Both the position numbers and the translations under genes were made by a program. A stretch of 64,000 nt of DNA, taken from contig CP009479.1 of assembly GCA_000965745.1 (NCBI GenBank), forward strand, positions 288,001 through 352,000. Reading direction: 5' to 3'. This DNA is from an uncultured archaeon. Its GTDB lineage: Archaea; Thermoplasmatota; Thermoplasmata; Thermoplasmatales; Thermoplasmataceae. This document shows positions 19,409 to 29,096 of the stretch, piece after piece; position 1 is the first letter of the stretch, and every line of letters starts with the position of its first letter. Below the pieces are notes generated by a model. That model worked only from the letters and a program-made list of their open reading frames with translations, was not told the origin of the DNA and searched no databases.

Positions 19409-20497
19409 TCAAGCCTTCTCGAAAAGGAAGATGTATTCATGCTTGAAGACGTAAAAACCCCCCGCAAGGGCCCTGTACCTCCACAGCTCCTTCTGGGACT
19501 GCTTGCCCTTTGTCTGGTCAAAGTTTTTGACTATTATGGATTTCAGCCTGAATCCCGCTTCCAGAACTTTTTCCATGGACCTGAAGCCCAGCGGTACCCA
19601 TTCTCCTTTTGAGTACTTGTCCCCTATGATTAGGGCGAGATGCCTCCTGTCCTCCAAGACGGAATGAGCTTTTTCAGCACATGCGGATATGCCATTTAGA
19701 AATACATCAAGCGAGGATGCGTTGGACAGGTCTTCTTCATCCCCGCTGAACTTTATTATGTCCCAGTAGGGAGGGTGCATCAGTACCAGCTGGACAGATT
19801 CGATGCCGAGCTTTCCCAGTTCACTGGAATAATCTGCAGAAGTGCTGTCTGCCCTCACTGCTTCAACCCTTGTGCCATACCGGTCCTCTTCCTTTGAGAG
19901 GTTCTCCCTGGCGAGATCCAGCGCTTCCCGGGAAAGGTCAAATCCTACGCCATTCCTTCCCTGCCTCCTGCACTCAATAAGCGTGGTTCCGCTTCCCACA
20001 AACAGGTCAAGTACACAGTCGCCCTTCCTGGTGAACCTCTTCAGCAGCTGGTAAGGGATCTGGGGGATGAAGTTTCCCCAGTAGCCCGCGTTGTGGGCAC
20101 CTGTGCTGTCCCGCTTATCAAGGTACCACAGGCTGTCTGTGTACACATCCTCATACTCCTTCCACCTGTTGAGGTTGATGTCGTTGACCCTGCCCGGCTT
20201 CTCCTCGATCAACCCCCTGACGAGCCTGTTGATATAGTATTCAGCCCTTTCCATTTCCCTCGCTTCAAGGATCTGGTCGAGCTCGGACATGATTCCCTTA
20301 CGCTGGAGTTCCGTGAAAAAAGAGCTTCCGGGATTTGTATTTTCGAGTGTTCTCCGTATCTCAGATGCCTCTGTGCGCACGTCTTCCAGCCCCTCGAGGC
20401 CAAGCAGATGCCTGAGGCGGTTTATCAGGCCCTCTGCCGAGGTAAATGAAACCAAGTTGCCCACATCTGTGGAATCGCCGGAACTGCTGCGCCTCAT
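19409..20497 (-). CDS. SAM-dependent amino-methyltransferase (DNA N4/N6 or Trm11-like)
   Basis: GNFIPQIP, LDLFVGSGTT (motif I), HPPY (motif IV). Confidence 0.8.
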   Translation of the reverse strand: MRRSSSGDSTDVGNLVSFTSAEGLINRLRHLLGLEGLEDVRTEASEIRRTLENTNPGSSFFTELQRKGIMSELDQILEAREMERAEYYINRLVRGLIEEKPGRVNDINLNRWKEYEDVYTDSLWYLDKRDSTGAHNAGYWGNFIPQIPYQLLKRFTRKGDCVLDLFVGSGTTLIECRRQGRNGVGFDLSREALDLARENLSKEEDRYGTRVEAVRADSTSADYSSELGKLGIESVQLVLMHPPYWDIIKFSGDEEDLSNASSLDVFLNGISACAEKAHSVLEDRRHLALIIGDKYSKGEWVPLGFRSMEKVLEAGFRLKSIIVKNFDQTKGKQSQKELWRYRALAGGFYVFKHEYIFLFEKA

Positions 20498-20674
20498 ATT
20501 CGACCCTGGATAAGGGAATGAATGATTCATCTTAAAAGTGTCATCCCGCGCATGAACACACATCCGGAAAATGGAGATCTGCCCTGGGAGATGTTGAGGA
20601 GGGCAAAACATTGCATCTGCCTCATTTTCCCGTACAGGCAGAAACTTGATAGGGTGCCTCGTTTAGCCCCGTTG

Positions 20675-21097
20675 ATGATATACAACCAGGAGTCTGATAT
20701 CCGGCTCATGTGCCTGAAATCACCCAGGGGGCCTGAAACTGCTGCAGAAACCATGGGAAAGCTTGAAAGTGCACTTTCATCACTGAAAGGCAGAAGGTTT
20801 TACGGCCTTTTCAGGGAACATGAAGGCGGTGAAACTTACCTGGCATGCACGAGAATTGAGCCGGGAGACAATCCTGAGGCCCTTGGGTTAATGAGAGTGG
20901 AAATACCTGAGGGAAAGTATGACCGCGAAAAGCTTCCAGGCTGGGAGGAAAAATGGGATGGCACCAGCATAGAGGGTTTGCCTGAGCTCTTCGGGAGAAT
21001 GTTTGAAAGGAATGCCGGAACCGTTGATGCTGAAAGATTCTGCGTGGAGTATTACAGGAGCCGAAAAGAGCTGATTCTCATGCTGCCGTTGAAGTAG
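20675..21097 (+). CDS. GyrI-like small-molecule binding protein
   Basis: FYGLF, YLAC, IPEGKY, VEYYRS pattern; start estimated. Confidence 0.6.
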   Translation: MIYNQESDIRLMCLKSPRGPETAAETMGKLESALSSLKGRRFYGLFREHEGGETYLACTRIEPGDNPEALGLMRVEIPEGKYDREKLPGWEEKWDGTSIEGLPELFGRMFERNAGTVDAERFCVEYYRSRKELILMLPLK

Positions 21098-21145
21098 GCG
21101 CGTGATATCTGCCCAACCCCATATGAGGAGATTTCGGGACGCTCT

Positions 21146-21670
21146 CTAAAGTTCAAGGCCCATGAATATCTCGTCCACCAGGGTCCCATTTATGAGGGCG
21201 TTGTTCTTGAGGCTCCCCTCGACCTGGAAGCCTTTCTTGATGTAGAGGCCAATTGCGCCAGTGTTTGAAGAGAATACCCCGAGATGGATCTTGCTTATGC
21301 TTCTTGCTCTGCCCCATTCCATGGCATAATCGATAAGCGAGTTTCCAGCATTGAGCCCCCGGAATTCCTTAAGAATCCACATCCCAAGCGTCCTGACATG
21401 GCTGCTCTTGGGGGACCGGGAGTAAGGAGTCAGCACCAGCCCGCCTATTATCCTGCCGCCAACAGCCCCTATGGCAAAAAGGCTATCCTTTCCGTTTTCT
21501 TTCCAGCGTTCGCCCCATATTCCAGCTGTCTCATGAGGGACCTCTTCTGTATCGAGGTAAACTCTCTCAGATGCAACCTGCCTGAAGGTCTCCGCTGCCT
21601 CTCCCATGTCTGATTCTTCCGCTAGCCTGATTTCAAGCTCCCTTCCATCGCTAAGAAGATAATCGTTCAT
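21146..21670 (-). CDS. GNAT N-acetyltransferase
   Basis: LGMWILKEFRGLNAG, N..AIGLY.KKGF..EG. Confidence 0.88.
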   Translation of the reverse strand: MNDYLLSDGRELEIRLAEESDMGEAAETFRQVASERVYLDTEEVPHETAGIWGERWKENGKDSLFAIGAVGGRIIGGLVLTPYSRSPKSSHVRTLGMWILKEFRGLNAGNSLIDYAMEWGRARSISKIHLGVFSSNTGAIGLYIKKGFQVEGSLKNNALINGTLVDEIFMGLEL

Positions 21671-21744
21671 TGTTCACGACCCCGGAATACTCCAGAAACT
21701 GGTGTGGATGAATATTTTGGGCAGAGTGGAAAAAAATGAGAAAA

Positions 21745-22389
21745 TCAGCTGCGGGCCGCTGCGTTTTCCACACTGATGGGAATTCTCCTTCTGTTCAGCT
21801 GTGACAGAAACTGCCTGAGTGAGAACATCTGGTCGAAATCAAGAGTTACGTTGCTCTCTGATTTGTCCATCGAGAGTGTGACCATCTGTATTCCCCTCTG
21901 GGGAATCCTGACTACAGCGTTGCTTATCTCATTGTAATGAAACTGGAGATAATTCCCGTTGTGCGGGACATTGAATCCGTTGGGGTTGAATTTTACCGGG
22001 AAGAATATTCTTCTGGCGATCTGAGGAGCTATGAACATCAGGAGCAGAACTGGCAGGAAGTAATACGGAGATATCGCGAGGAATTCTATTGATACGATGT
22101 AAACACCAAGAAATACAGCGTATATAATCATAGGGAAAAACCTGTAAAGGCTCCCTTTGGTCTGAATGTTTATGGTATCCCCGGCTGCAACGTTTGGTGC
22201 GGTCCTGACCGGTTCGGCCTCAGAAACTTCCTCTTTCTGGATGACCGTTTCCTGAGTGACCGGCTCCTGAGGGGTGGATCGCGTGTTTCCGCTAACAGTG
22301 CCCTCGCCCAAATAATTGCCGCATTCACCGCAGATCATGTCTGTTGACTTTACTTTGTGCCCGCAATTGGAGCACGTGATTTTGGCCAT
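21745..22389 (-). CDS. Zinc-ribbon membrane protein
   Basis: CSNCG..CGECG N-terminus, two TM helices, soluble C-terminal domain. Confidence 0.7.
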   Translation of the reverse strand: MAKITCSNCGHKVKSTDMICGECGNYLGEGTVSGNTRSTPQEPVTQETVIQKEEVSEAEPVRTAPNVAAGDTINIQTKGSLYRFFPMIIYAVFLGVYIVSIEFLAISPYYFLPVLLLMFIAPQIARRIFFPVKFNPNGFNVPHNGNYLQFHYNEISNAVVRIPQRGIQMVTLSMDKSESNVTLDFDQMFSLRQFLSQLNRRRIPISVENAAARS

Positions 22390-23027
22390 GGGAATCAATG
22401 TAGTTCTGATATTTATACTTTGTAGTCTCAATACACTGCGGCTCGGGAAGAGATTTCTGACCTGTCAAGGTTTGCAAGCAGAAATAAACATCGGGTTGTG
22501 CTGAAAGCAGGATGAAACCTGTAAGGCGGTAATCCCTTCCCATGGAGTGGCCCAGCGGGCGGTAGGTTACTGTTTCTTATCTGACCATGCCTCCGCAAAC
22601 AGGACACTCTTCTTGGGTACTGGCCAGAATGAGGCCGACACTGTTCTCCAGACATGCCGTGAATTTTCCTGCACGGAAACCAGGGGCAGGCCTCTCTTTG
22701 AGTGCTGTCTCCCCCGGCAGTCATATTTCCCCTACGCCCGTACCTCTCCCGGATCGTGTGGCCTTATCTGTTCGTGACTGCAAAGAAAACCCCAATGAAG
22801 CGGATTATAACATACAAACCGTGGAATATCCTGCCCTTCACCTGTAACACCTGGCCCGTCTCCTTTCCTGAAGACTGCAGTTAGTTCATGACTTAAATTG
22901 CAAGACATTTTGGTAAACACTGTGATGGGCTTTCAAGGCAGGAAAAAGCGTTTTCAAGGGCCCGGCATAAGATTTACTGCCAACTTTTTTTAGCCAAATT
23001 GGCATCATGCAGCCGAGGGGAGGTATA

Positions 23028-23252
23028 ATGGAGATCGAAGATTTTCTGGAGTCAATCTCGGAATCAGAATATGTGTATTATGACCCAGATACCGGCCTGT
23101 TCTTCAGCTGGAACGGTTTGCAGGTCGTGACGGTGTGGACGACGGATGAGGACGACTACGAGAACATCGATATGTTCACGATCGAGTCGGGGCATGACAC
23201 TGATTTTGTTCAGGAGAAAATTGACGGATACCTGGAATCAATTGAAGAATGA
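23028..23252 (+). CDS. Small highly acidic hypothetical protein
   Basis: SD GGAGG before the ATG; very D/E-rich. Confidence 0.6.
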   Translation: MEIEDFLESISESEYVYYDPDTGLFFSWNGLQVVTVWTTDEDDYENIDMFTIESGHDTDFVQEKIDGYLESIEE

Positions 23253-23401
23253 ACAGGATGTTTGTAATCCTTTTGTGGCGGATCGAAAATGTTCAACTGC
23301 GGAATCTTAATGACATACGGGGAGAAGATGGCCCCCAATGTTGCATCAATCCATGCAGGAATTATGGAGATTGAATAAACCTGAAGATATGGACTCTTAA
23401 T

Positions 23402-24925
23402 CCTTAACTCTTTAGTTTTTACGTAACATGTTGAGGCTCACTCCAAGATCCGTCACCAGCTCTCTCGCCTTCTTCGGTATCTCTCCCATGATTTCCCCTC
23501 CCTCCAGGGCGTATATCTTGATCCTTGACAGGATCAGGAGAATGTCTCTCACGCTGTATTTCCCATCGGTCCTGTTGAGTATCTGGAAGTGAATGTTCAG
23601 TGCGAGAAGGTTGAGGAAGAGATAGGAAAAGAGCATGTGATCGTCCCCGAGATATGACCGATCCGCCTCCAGATCATTCTTGAACACATTGAATGCGTAT
23701 TCAACATACTCTCGCTGCTTGTACAGCCTGTATATCCTCTCCGGGCTCTCTTTGAGGTCGGAGAGAAGATGCACCTTCCCGAATACTTGTGAACCCTCCA
23801 GGAATTGCTTCCGGCTTCTCTTTCCCTGCATGACCCTCTCGAGATAGTCCTTCTCCTCCTCCATCCTCAGTACCGGATCCTCGAATGCATACACTCCACT
23901 CACTGGATTCCAGTATTTCACAGGCCTGCCATCATAATCGAAAACGCCGGTGAACTCACTCGAAGCAGGGATCAGCGATGAGTTCCTCTTCAGCGGAATT
24001 ATGTAGTCAAGATGCAGTTTCCTGAGCTTCTTTATGTTATCAGCCGAGTAAAATCCCTTGTCCGCTATGATCACGCACCGCTCAACCCCGGCCATGATCA
24101 TGGTAGCCTTCATCGTGGAAACATCCCTGATCGAGCCCGGAATGATCCGTATGAATGTTGGCTCTCTCCTCGTGGATGAAAACAGCATCATCAGGTTGAT
24201 CTGTGGCAGATGTGTTCCATGGGAGTTGTGGCCCATCTCCAGAATCGGTATGCTGGAGGATCTGGAGAATATTGCCGTGCTGTCGATGAGTATGTATTCC
24301 CCTCTTGCGCACAGTGATCGCATGACCTCAATCATGCTTTCCTCCGGAAGGGATGAAAGCATTCCAGAGATCGATTTTGCAGTCATGCCTTCATTGAAGA
24401 CCTTGGATAACCATGTCTTCTCGAAGAGATATCGTACCGACTTCATGGGGAGAGGTTGTATCTCCCTGAGAAGCACGTAGATCATGATCCTCTCATGCAG
24501 GTAAGGAAATACCTGCCTCAGCATGGGGAGGATGCTCTTCTCGGCGATTCCGTAGAGAAGGGCAATGTTCCCGTATTCGTAGTCTCCCCTTATCCCCGAT
24601 ATCGCCTGCTTCTTCACGATGCCCCGGGGAGTGACGACTCCAAGGTACTCCGGTGGAAGCGATACTGTCTTCTTCCTTACCCTGTCCCACTTCGTTCTGG
24701 GCCTGTATGCGTAATAATTGTTGCCAAAGTTCCTGATCTGGATCCTGGGTCCCTTGTATTTCTGCACCCAGTCAGGTAATTCATCCATGATACGTACATA
24801 TACATAACATGCATATAAGAATTCCGCGAGGGAAGCATATTCAGAAAGAACTCGAAAAGGCCGACAGATAAAACGAAGTCACGCGATAGGGAACAAACTG
24901 TTATGTAAAACTGGAAGAGTTAAGG
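23402..24925 (-). mobile_element. IS1634-like insertion sequence
   Basis: Imperfect ~28 bp IRs (CCTTAACTCTT...); 6 bp TSD CTTAAT at 23396-23401 and 24926-24931. Confidence 0.9.
23412..24788 (-). CDS. IS1634/IS4-like DDE transposase
   Basis: IDST, IADKGFYS, Y..R..VE.AF..FK. Confidence 0.9.
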   Translation of the reverse strand: MDELPDWVQKYKGPRIQIRNFGNNYYAYRPRTKWDRVRKKTVSLPPEYLGVVTPRGIVKKQAISGIRGDYEYGNIALLYGIAEKSILPMLRQVFPYLHERIMIYVLLREIQPLPMKSVRYLFEKTWLSKVFNEGMTAKSISGMLSSLPEESMIEVMRSLCARGEYILIDSTAIFSRSSSIPILEMGHNSHGTHLPQINLMMLFSSTRREPTFIRIIPGSIRDVSTMKATMIMAGVERCVIIADKGFYSADNIKKLRKLHLDYIIPLKRNSSLIPASSEFTGVFDYDGRPVKYWNPVSGVYAFEDPVLRMEEEKDYLERVMQGKRSRKQFLEGSQVFGKVHLLSDLKESPERIYRLYKQREYVEYAFNVFKNDLEADRSYLGDDHMLFSYLFLNLLALNIHFQILNRTDGKYSVRDILLILSRIKIYALEGGEIMGEIPKKARELVTDLGVSLNMLRKN

Positions 24926-25205
24926 CTTAATCCATAGGTCGGGGGTTCGAACCACCTCGGACCCGCCATATCTCTGTTTATTTCTGTGAGCATTTTCATT
25001 ATTGGATTTTTATTGAATATGAGAAAGTAGTCCATCTTTCAGTTTTGAATGTGGGAGAAACTTGGATTAGGCCAACTTGAAAGAAATTGCGATAATAATT
25101 TTAAATAAAATTGAATAAAGTGATGCGTCCAATTTATAAGGAGACTTCGTGATAGTTTGTCCACATCCTGTAAATCGTTCCCATTAAAAGTAGTTCCAAG
25201 TATCA

Positions 25206-26009
25206 TTGCTTAATATGACAATAACCCAAGCTTTAAGGTGTCAAAAAACCCCATCAGGTTTACCTGCTTATTCGCAAAGTGAAATTAAAATATGTACAAC
25301 ACTATATGTGATAGTGGAAAAACCAACTCAGGATGACCAACAGAAGAAGAAAGAAATCATAGTATTAGATCCGTCTGCCCTTCAATACTTGATTGACATT
25401 AGTCTGACTTTGCAGGATGGTTATGAGGTATTTCTACCGGATGAGTTGTATGAGGACTTGGATGAACAGAAAAGATTTTTCTTGATTAAGTTGTTAAACT
25501 ATTGGAACGGCTATAAGTTGTCAGATAAAAGAATCGACAAACTAATATCAGACATTAGAGGTGGGAAAAGAATTCATAAATTTTCAGAATTGGAGTTTGA
25601 ATATAATGATGAGGGAGACCTAACCCTTGAAGAACTTATCAAAAGCAGAAAGGGCCCCCGCGATAGGGAACTAAGATATTGGATTTTTAAAATCATTTCC
25701 AAAACTATAGCGTTTGCTAAGAAATTTCAAGCCTCTATCGTTTCAATGTCTAACAAATTGTTCGACTTACTTTCATCCACATCTATGAATATCTTAAACC
25801 TTTCAAAGGGGTATGTGAAATCTCTGAAAGAATTGCCAGTACTTGTCAGACTGTTGAAGGATAACAAATGGATCAAGAAGAGTAAAAAATACATATCATA
25901 CATAATTGATATGATATCTGGCATAATCGGAGCTTCTAGTATACATCCCATTCTGGGTGGGGCACTTGGAGTAACTGTCCCGAATGTTTTACTCGTGATG
26001 GACCCTTGA
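25206..26009 (+). CDS. PIN-like domain protein with hydrophobic C-terminus
   Basis: IIVLDPSAL..EVFLPDELYEDL resembles a PIN N-terminus; true start may be GTG ~25308. Confidence 0.5.
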   Translation: MLNMTITQALRCQKTPSGLPAYSQSEIKICTTLYVIVEKPTQDDQQKKKEIIVLDPSALQYLIDISLTLQDGYEVFLPDELYEDLDEQKRFFLIKLLNYWNGYKLSDKRIDKLISDIRGGKRIHKFSELEFEYNDEGDLTLEELIKSRKGPRDRELRYWIFKIISKTIAFAKKFQASIVSMSNKLFDLLSSTSMNILNLSKGYVKSLKELPVLVRLLKDNKWIKKSKKYISYIIDMISGIIGASSIHPILGGALGVTVPNVLLVMDP

Positions 26010-26131
26010 ATTTATTAAGTTGCTGGCACATCGAGGCCAGGGGTTTAAAGCTTAATCAAACGAAATTCAGCATAATTTATTTATACCGTTGAGTAAATGT
26101 TTCATTAAGTAGGAGTTTACCAAGATTTAGA

Positions 26132-26788
26132 ATGAACAGTGGATTCAGATATAAGAAGAACAGTGGATTTCATTACAGGCCTTACAAAAGGCCCAAAAGA
26201 AATAGGCGTCATGGTACTGTAACATGCTGCTGGTGCCACCAGCCCTTGTCAGACCCCTTAGCAAGGAGTAGGAGGATGGGATCAGATTGTTTTGCAAAAC
26301 ACAACGGTAGGTGCCCACCAGTGAGTTCTACATTTGGTGAGGTTTATTCACATAATCCTTTCGAAGATTCTGGTCTGGAACATCTCTACAGGGTTAGAAA
26401 ATCCCTTAAATTTCTATTTACGACAAAACTTGGTAGGTCTTTACTGTCAAATGCCATAGTTCATGCTTTGTCTCCTATACCAGGCATGGCTCCAGTTGTA
26501 GTAGCATATGATGTCTACAAGGCGTATAAATACGCAAAAATGGGGCATGAAGTCTATACCGCTGTTGAGCGTTGGAGGCAGCACGACAAAAAAGATTTGC
26601 TTAAGACGGAGGGAAACCTCCAAAAGGAAAGCGTTGATGACATAATGGAGAGAACACAAAGTTCAATAATGGATATGGCAACGGTAAATAGAATGGACGC
26701 AAGTTCTTATTCTGATATGATGAGAGGGACACTTTCGGAATCAGCAAGGCATGGATTTGATGAGTTTGCAGGGTTTGTATTGTCATAG
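26132..26788 (+). CDS. Zn-finger (DUF6011-like) hypothetical protein
   Basis: CCWCHQPLSDPLARSRRMGSDC motif; basic N-terminus. Confidence 0.55.
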   Translation: MNSGFRYKKNSGFHYRPYKRPKRNRRHGTVTCCWCHQPLSDPLARSRRMGSDCFAKHNGRCPPVSSTFGEVYSHNPFEDSGLEHLYRVRKSLKFLFTTKLGRSLLSNAIVHALSPIPGMAPVVVAYDVYKAYKYAKMGHEVYTAVERWRQHDKKDLLKTEGNLQKESVDDIMERTQSSIMDMATVNRMDASSYSDMMRGTLSESARHGFDEFAGFVLS

Positions 26789-26802
26789 GTGGGAATATAT
26801 AT

Positions 26803-27084
26803 ATGAGTAAAGAATCTGAAATAATAGGGGTAATCTCTGCGAGGAAATACGCACTTTTCGAAACGATCAAAACAGAGCTTTTGGGAAAAAGTGAATTGCA
26901 GGGGTATGACAAAGAAGAGCTTCAAGCAAAATTAAGAGACGCGATATCTACCCTTCCCAATATGATGTTTCTTAGCGAAGAGGAAAAGGAGACTAATAAA
27001 ATAAGACAAGAACTAAAACTTGAACAAATTGGAATTGCCGAGAAAGAAGTTTTTGAGAGGATCAGTAAATACTTGTCGAGTTAG
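26803..27084 (+). CDS. Hypothetical protein, partner of the upstream gene
   Basis: 14 nt after the upstream stop, SD-like GGTGG. Confidence 0.6.
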   Translation: MSKESEIIGVISARKYALFETIKTELLGKSELQGYDKEELQAKLRDAISTLPNMMFLSEEEKETNKIRQELKLEQIGIAEKEVFERISKYLSS

Positions 27085-27252
27085 ATTCCCTTCTTAAAAA
27101 GTCTCTTTTAAATTTTACTTTGTATTAGTCCATTTTGGCAAACGATAGATTTTTTGGGCATTTAATGGCCTTTTGCCATCATGCCGCATTGTAAGTGATG
27201 GGGGAGTGGAAGATTAGCGGAACCACGTTGACTTTGTAATGACAAAATCAAT

Positions 27253-28203
27253 CTATTTAAACAACAGATCCAGTATATATGGGGACGGCCCCAAAAGATA
27301 TTGATCCTCCTGGATCTTTCCTAAGTTCATCCCAATCCGAAAGGTTGGTCTTGGAGGGCTATTCTCTAGCGTTTCTATCACACGTTTTACTCTCTTATCT
27401 TCTTCTGAATATCCCACTACGAATACAGAGAAAAATTCCTCATTTATTCCTTGTTCAGACATATATTTTTCAAAATATTTGAACACGTAACCGTCTTCAT
27501 CGGGGAATACCCAACCTAGATTGCCTACTACATTATTTTCATCAAATTCCTCAACATCTCCATGAAATTTCCAAAGATTTCCCCTTGAAGCTACATGAAT
27601 ATTTTTGTTCACTTTTTTAAACTCTTTTGGAAGTCCCCTAATGGCTTTTTCTAATAGGTCGTCCCAATTGAGACTTATTATCTCCTTAATCTTGTTGGGA
27701 AAGTTTTCTGCAATTAACTGATGAGATATGCCGGGAGATTTTTTATCAAGCATTTCTCTAAAAACCTTCTTGAATTTGTAGCATTTTTTAGGGTCGTTTC
27801 GTAGGTCTACATAATCGATAGCTCCACAAAAACGTAATATATCTTTCAACTCATTAGAAAGAGGCATTCCACTTTCAAAAGAAAGTCCAGCACCTGCAAT
27901 GAAGATAGCTCCTTCAACATCGATCTTTTGTTTTGCAGCGCTCATCTTTGTATGCTGACCCAATATAGCTTGAAGAAACGTTCGAGAATACTCTTCAACT
28001 GTCTTAAGTTGTAATGAAGGGTTTAGTTTTCCAATTGTTTTGTCCTCTTCCGAGTACTTCTCCTTCACTTGGTCAAAAATTCTATGCAATATTGGCTCTA
28101 GATTCTCAAGGTTTTCTCTTATATTCGTCAGATAATTCTTCAAGAAACGCACAGTAGAACCTCGCAGAGCCTCAATTGAGGCATCACTTGTGCCAAAACT
28201 CAT
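27253..28203 (-). CDS. SIR2-like (SIR2_2) domain protein, putative NADase effector
   Basis: FIAGAGLS..SGMP, SLNWDDLLE, KFHGD, VVGYS motifs. Confidence 0.8.
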   Translation of the reverse strand: MSFGTSDASIEALRGSTVRFLKNYLTNIRENLENLEPILHRIFDQVKEKYSEEDKTIGKLNPSLQLKTVEEYSRTFLQAILGQHTKMSAAKQKIDVEGAIFIAGAGLSFESGMPLSNELKDILRFCGAIDYVDLRNDPKKCYKFKKVFREMLDKKSPGISHQLIAENFPNKIKEIISLNWDDLLEKAIRGLPKEFKKVNKNIHVASRGNLWKFHGDVEEFDENNVVGNLGWVFPDEDGYVFKYFEKYMSEQGINEEFFSVFVVGYSEEDKRVKRVIETLENSPPRPTFRIGMNLGKIQEDQYLLGPSPYILDLLFK

Positions 28204-29092
28204 TAAAATCGCCATGGACCCCCAATAGTCTCTTCGAGTATTCATCGTGGCTAATCACCCCATTTAGAAATTTCTTTCTCAACGCTGATGAAACGTTATC
28301 CACTTCGTTCAAAATTATCATCCTAAATTTGAAGTTGATTTGACTCTGTATTTTTTCAATTTCTTTAATGTTCTTTGACTTTTTTTCCACATTATTCTCC
28401 TCTAGCTTAGATTTCTCATCCTTGTATTCGATTGCAGAGTCCAATTCATCTAACTCTTTTTCGAGGTCCACCCCATATAGCTTTCTTCTATTGTCAAAGT
28501 CCTTGTTTAAAATTTTTTTAATGTATTGAAGATGGTTTCTTGAATACTTGTACAACTCAATAGCTTGGTTAAGTAATACTATGTTAGACAATGTTAGCAA
28601 AGTATTTTCCTTTGCCTGAGCATATGCCTTGGAAAGAGATTGATCCACAAAGTATTTGTCCAAACCGGAAAATCCAACTAACGTTGAATTTATCAATAAT
28701 TTCTTGTCTGTTGAATGTGTGATTGACGAGTCATTAAATCTTAGACCCGCTAAAGATGCAGACGGCCCGCTACTTTCCTTCTCAAGTGTCGTGCTTCCCG
28801 CCAATTCTTGAAGTTCTATGGCAGTTTCGCTCACTTTTTTTATTTTCTTTATGTTCTCCATCAGGTCAACTTTCTTCTCTTCTATCGCTTGCCTTTTTCC
28901 GCCCAACCTTTTAGTTCTGTACTTCTTAAGAGCAATACTTGAATCTCTCGGGCTATCAACTTTCTCAATGACCTCAAGTTGAAACTTTGTAGAATTCAAT
29001 AGCGTCGATAACCTCTCATATAACTCTTTTTGATCATATTGAGGGTATAGGCTGTACAAACGATCAATCAACTGACTGATGTCCATGTTCAT
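28184..29092 (-). CDS. Helical/coiled-coil hypothetical protein
   Basis: Long K/E-rich ORF; stop overlaps the SIR2 gene start. Confidence 0.7.
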   Translation of the reverse strand: MNMDISQLIDRLYSLYPQYDQKELYERLSTLLNSTKFQLEVIEKVDSPRDSSIALKKYRTKRLGGKRQAIEEKKVDLMENIKKIKKVSETAIELQELAGSTTLEKESSGPSASLAGLRFNDSSITHSTDKKLLINSTLVGFSGLDKYFVDQSLSKAYAQAKENTLLTLSNIVLLNQAIELYKYSRNHLQYIKKILNKDFDNRRKLYGVDLEKELDELDSAIEYKDEKSKLEENNVEKKSKNIKEIEKIQSQINFKFRMIILNEVDNVSSALRKKFLNGVISHDEYSKRLLGVHGDFNEFWHK

Positions 29093-29096
29093 TGCA

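Larger units (their letters stand above)
23389..25088 (+). repeat. tRNA-Lys(CUU) 3'-half + conserved arm, copy 1 (split by an IS)
   Basis: Removing the IS and one TSD restores ATGGA-CTCTTAA-TCCAT-AGGTC-GGGGG-TTCGAAC-CACCT-CGGACCC-GCCA, followed by a ~120 bp arm alignable without gaps to copies 2 and 3. Confidence 0.9.

Noticed and set aside
23381-23393. CTGAAGATATGGA resembling the tRNA-Phe anticodon arm (12/13)
   Set aside because: Short, inverted relative to tRNA-Phe and overlapping the Lys stem; probably chance.
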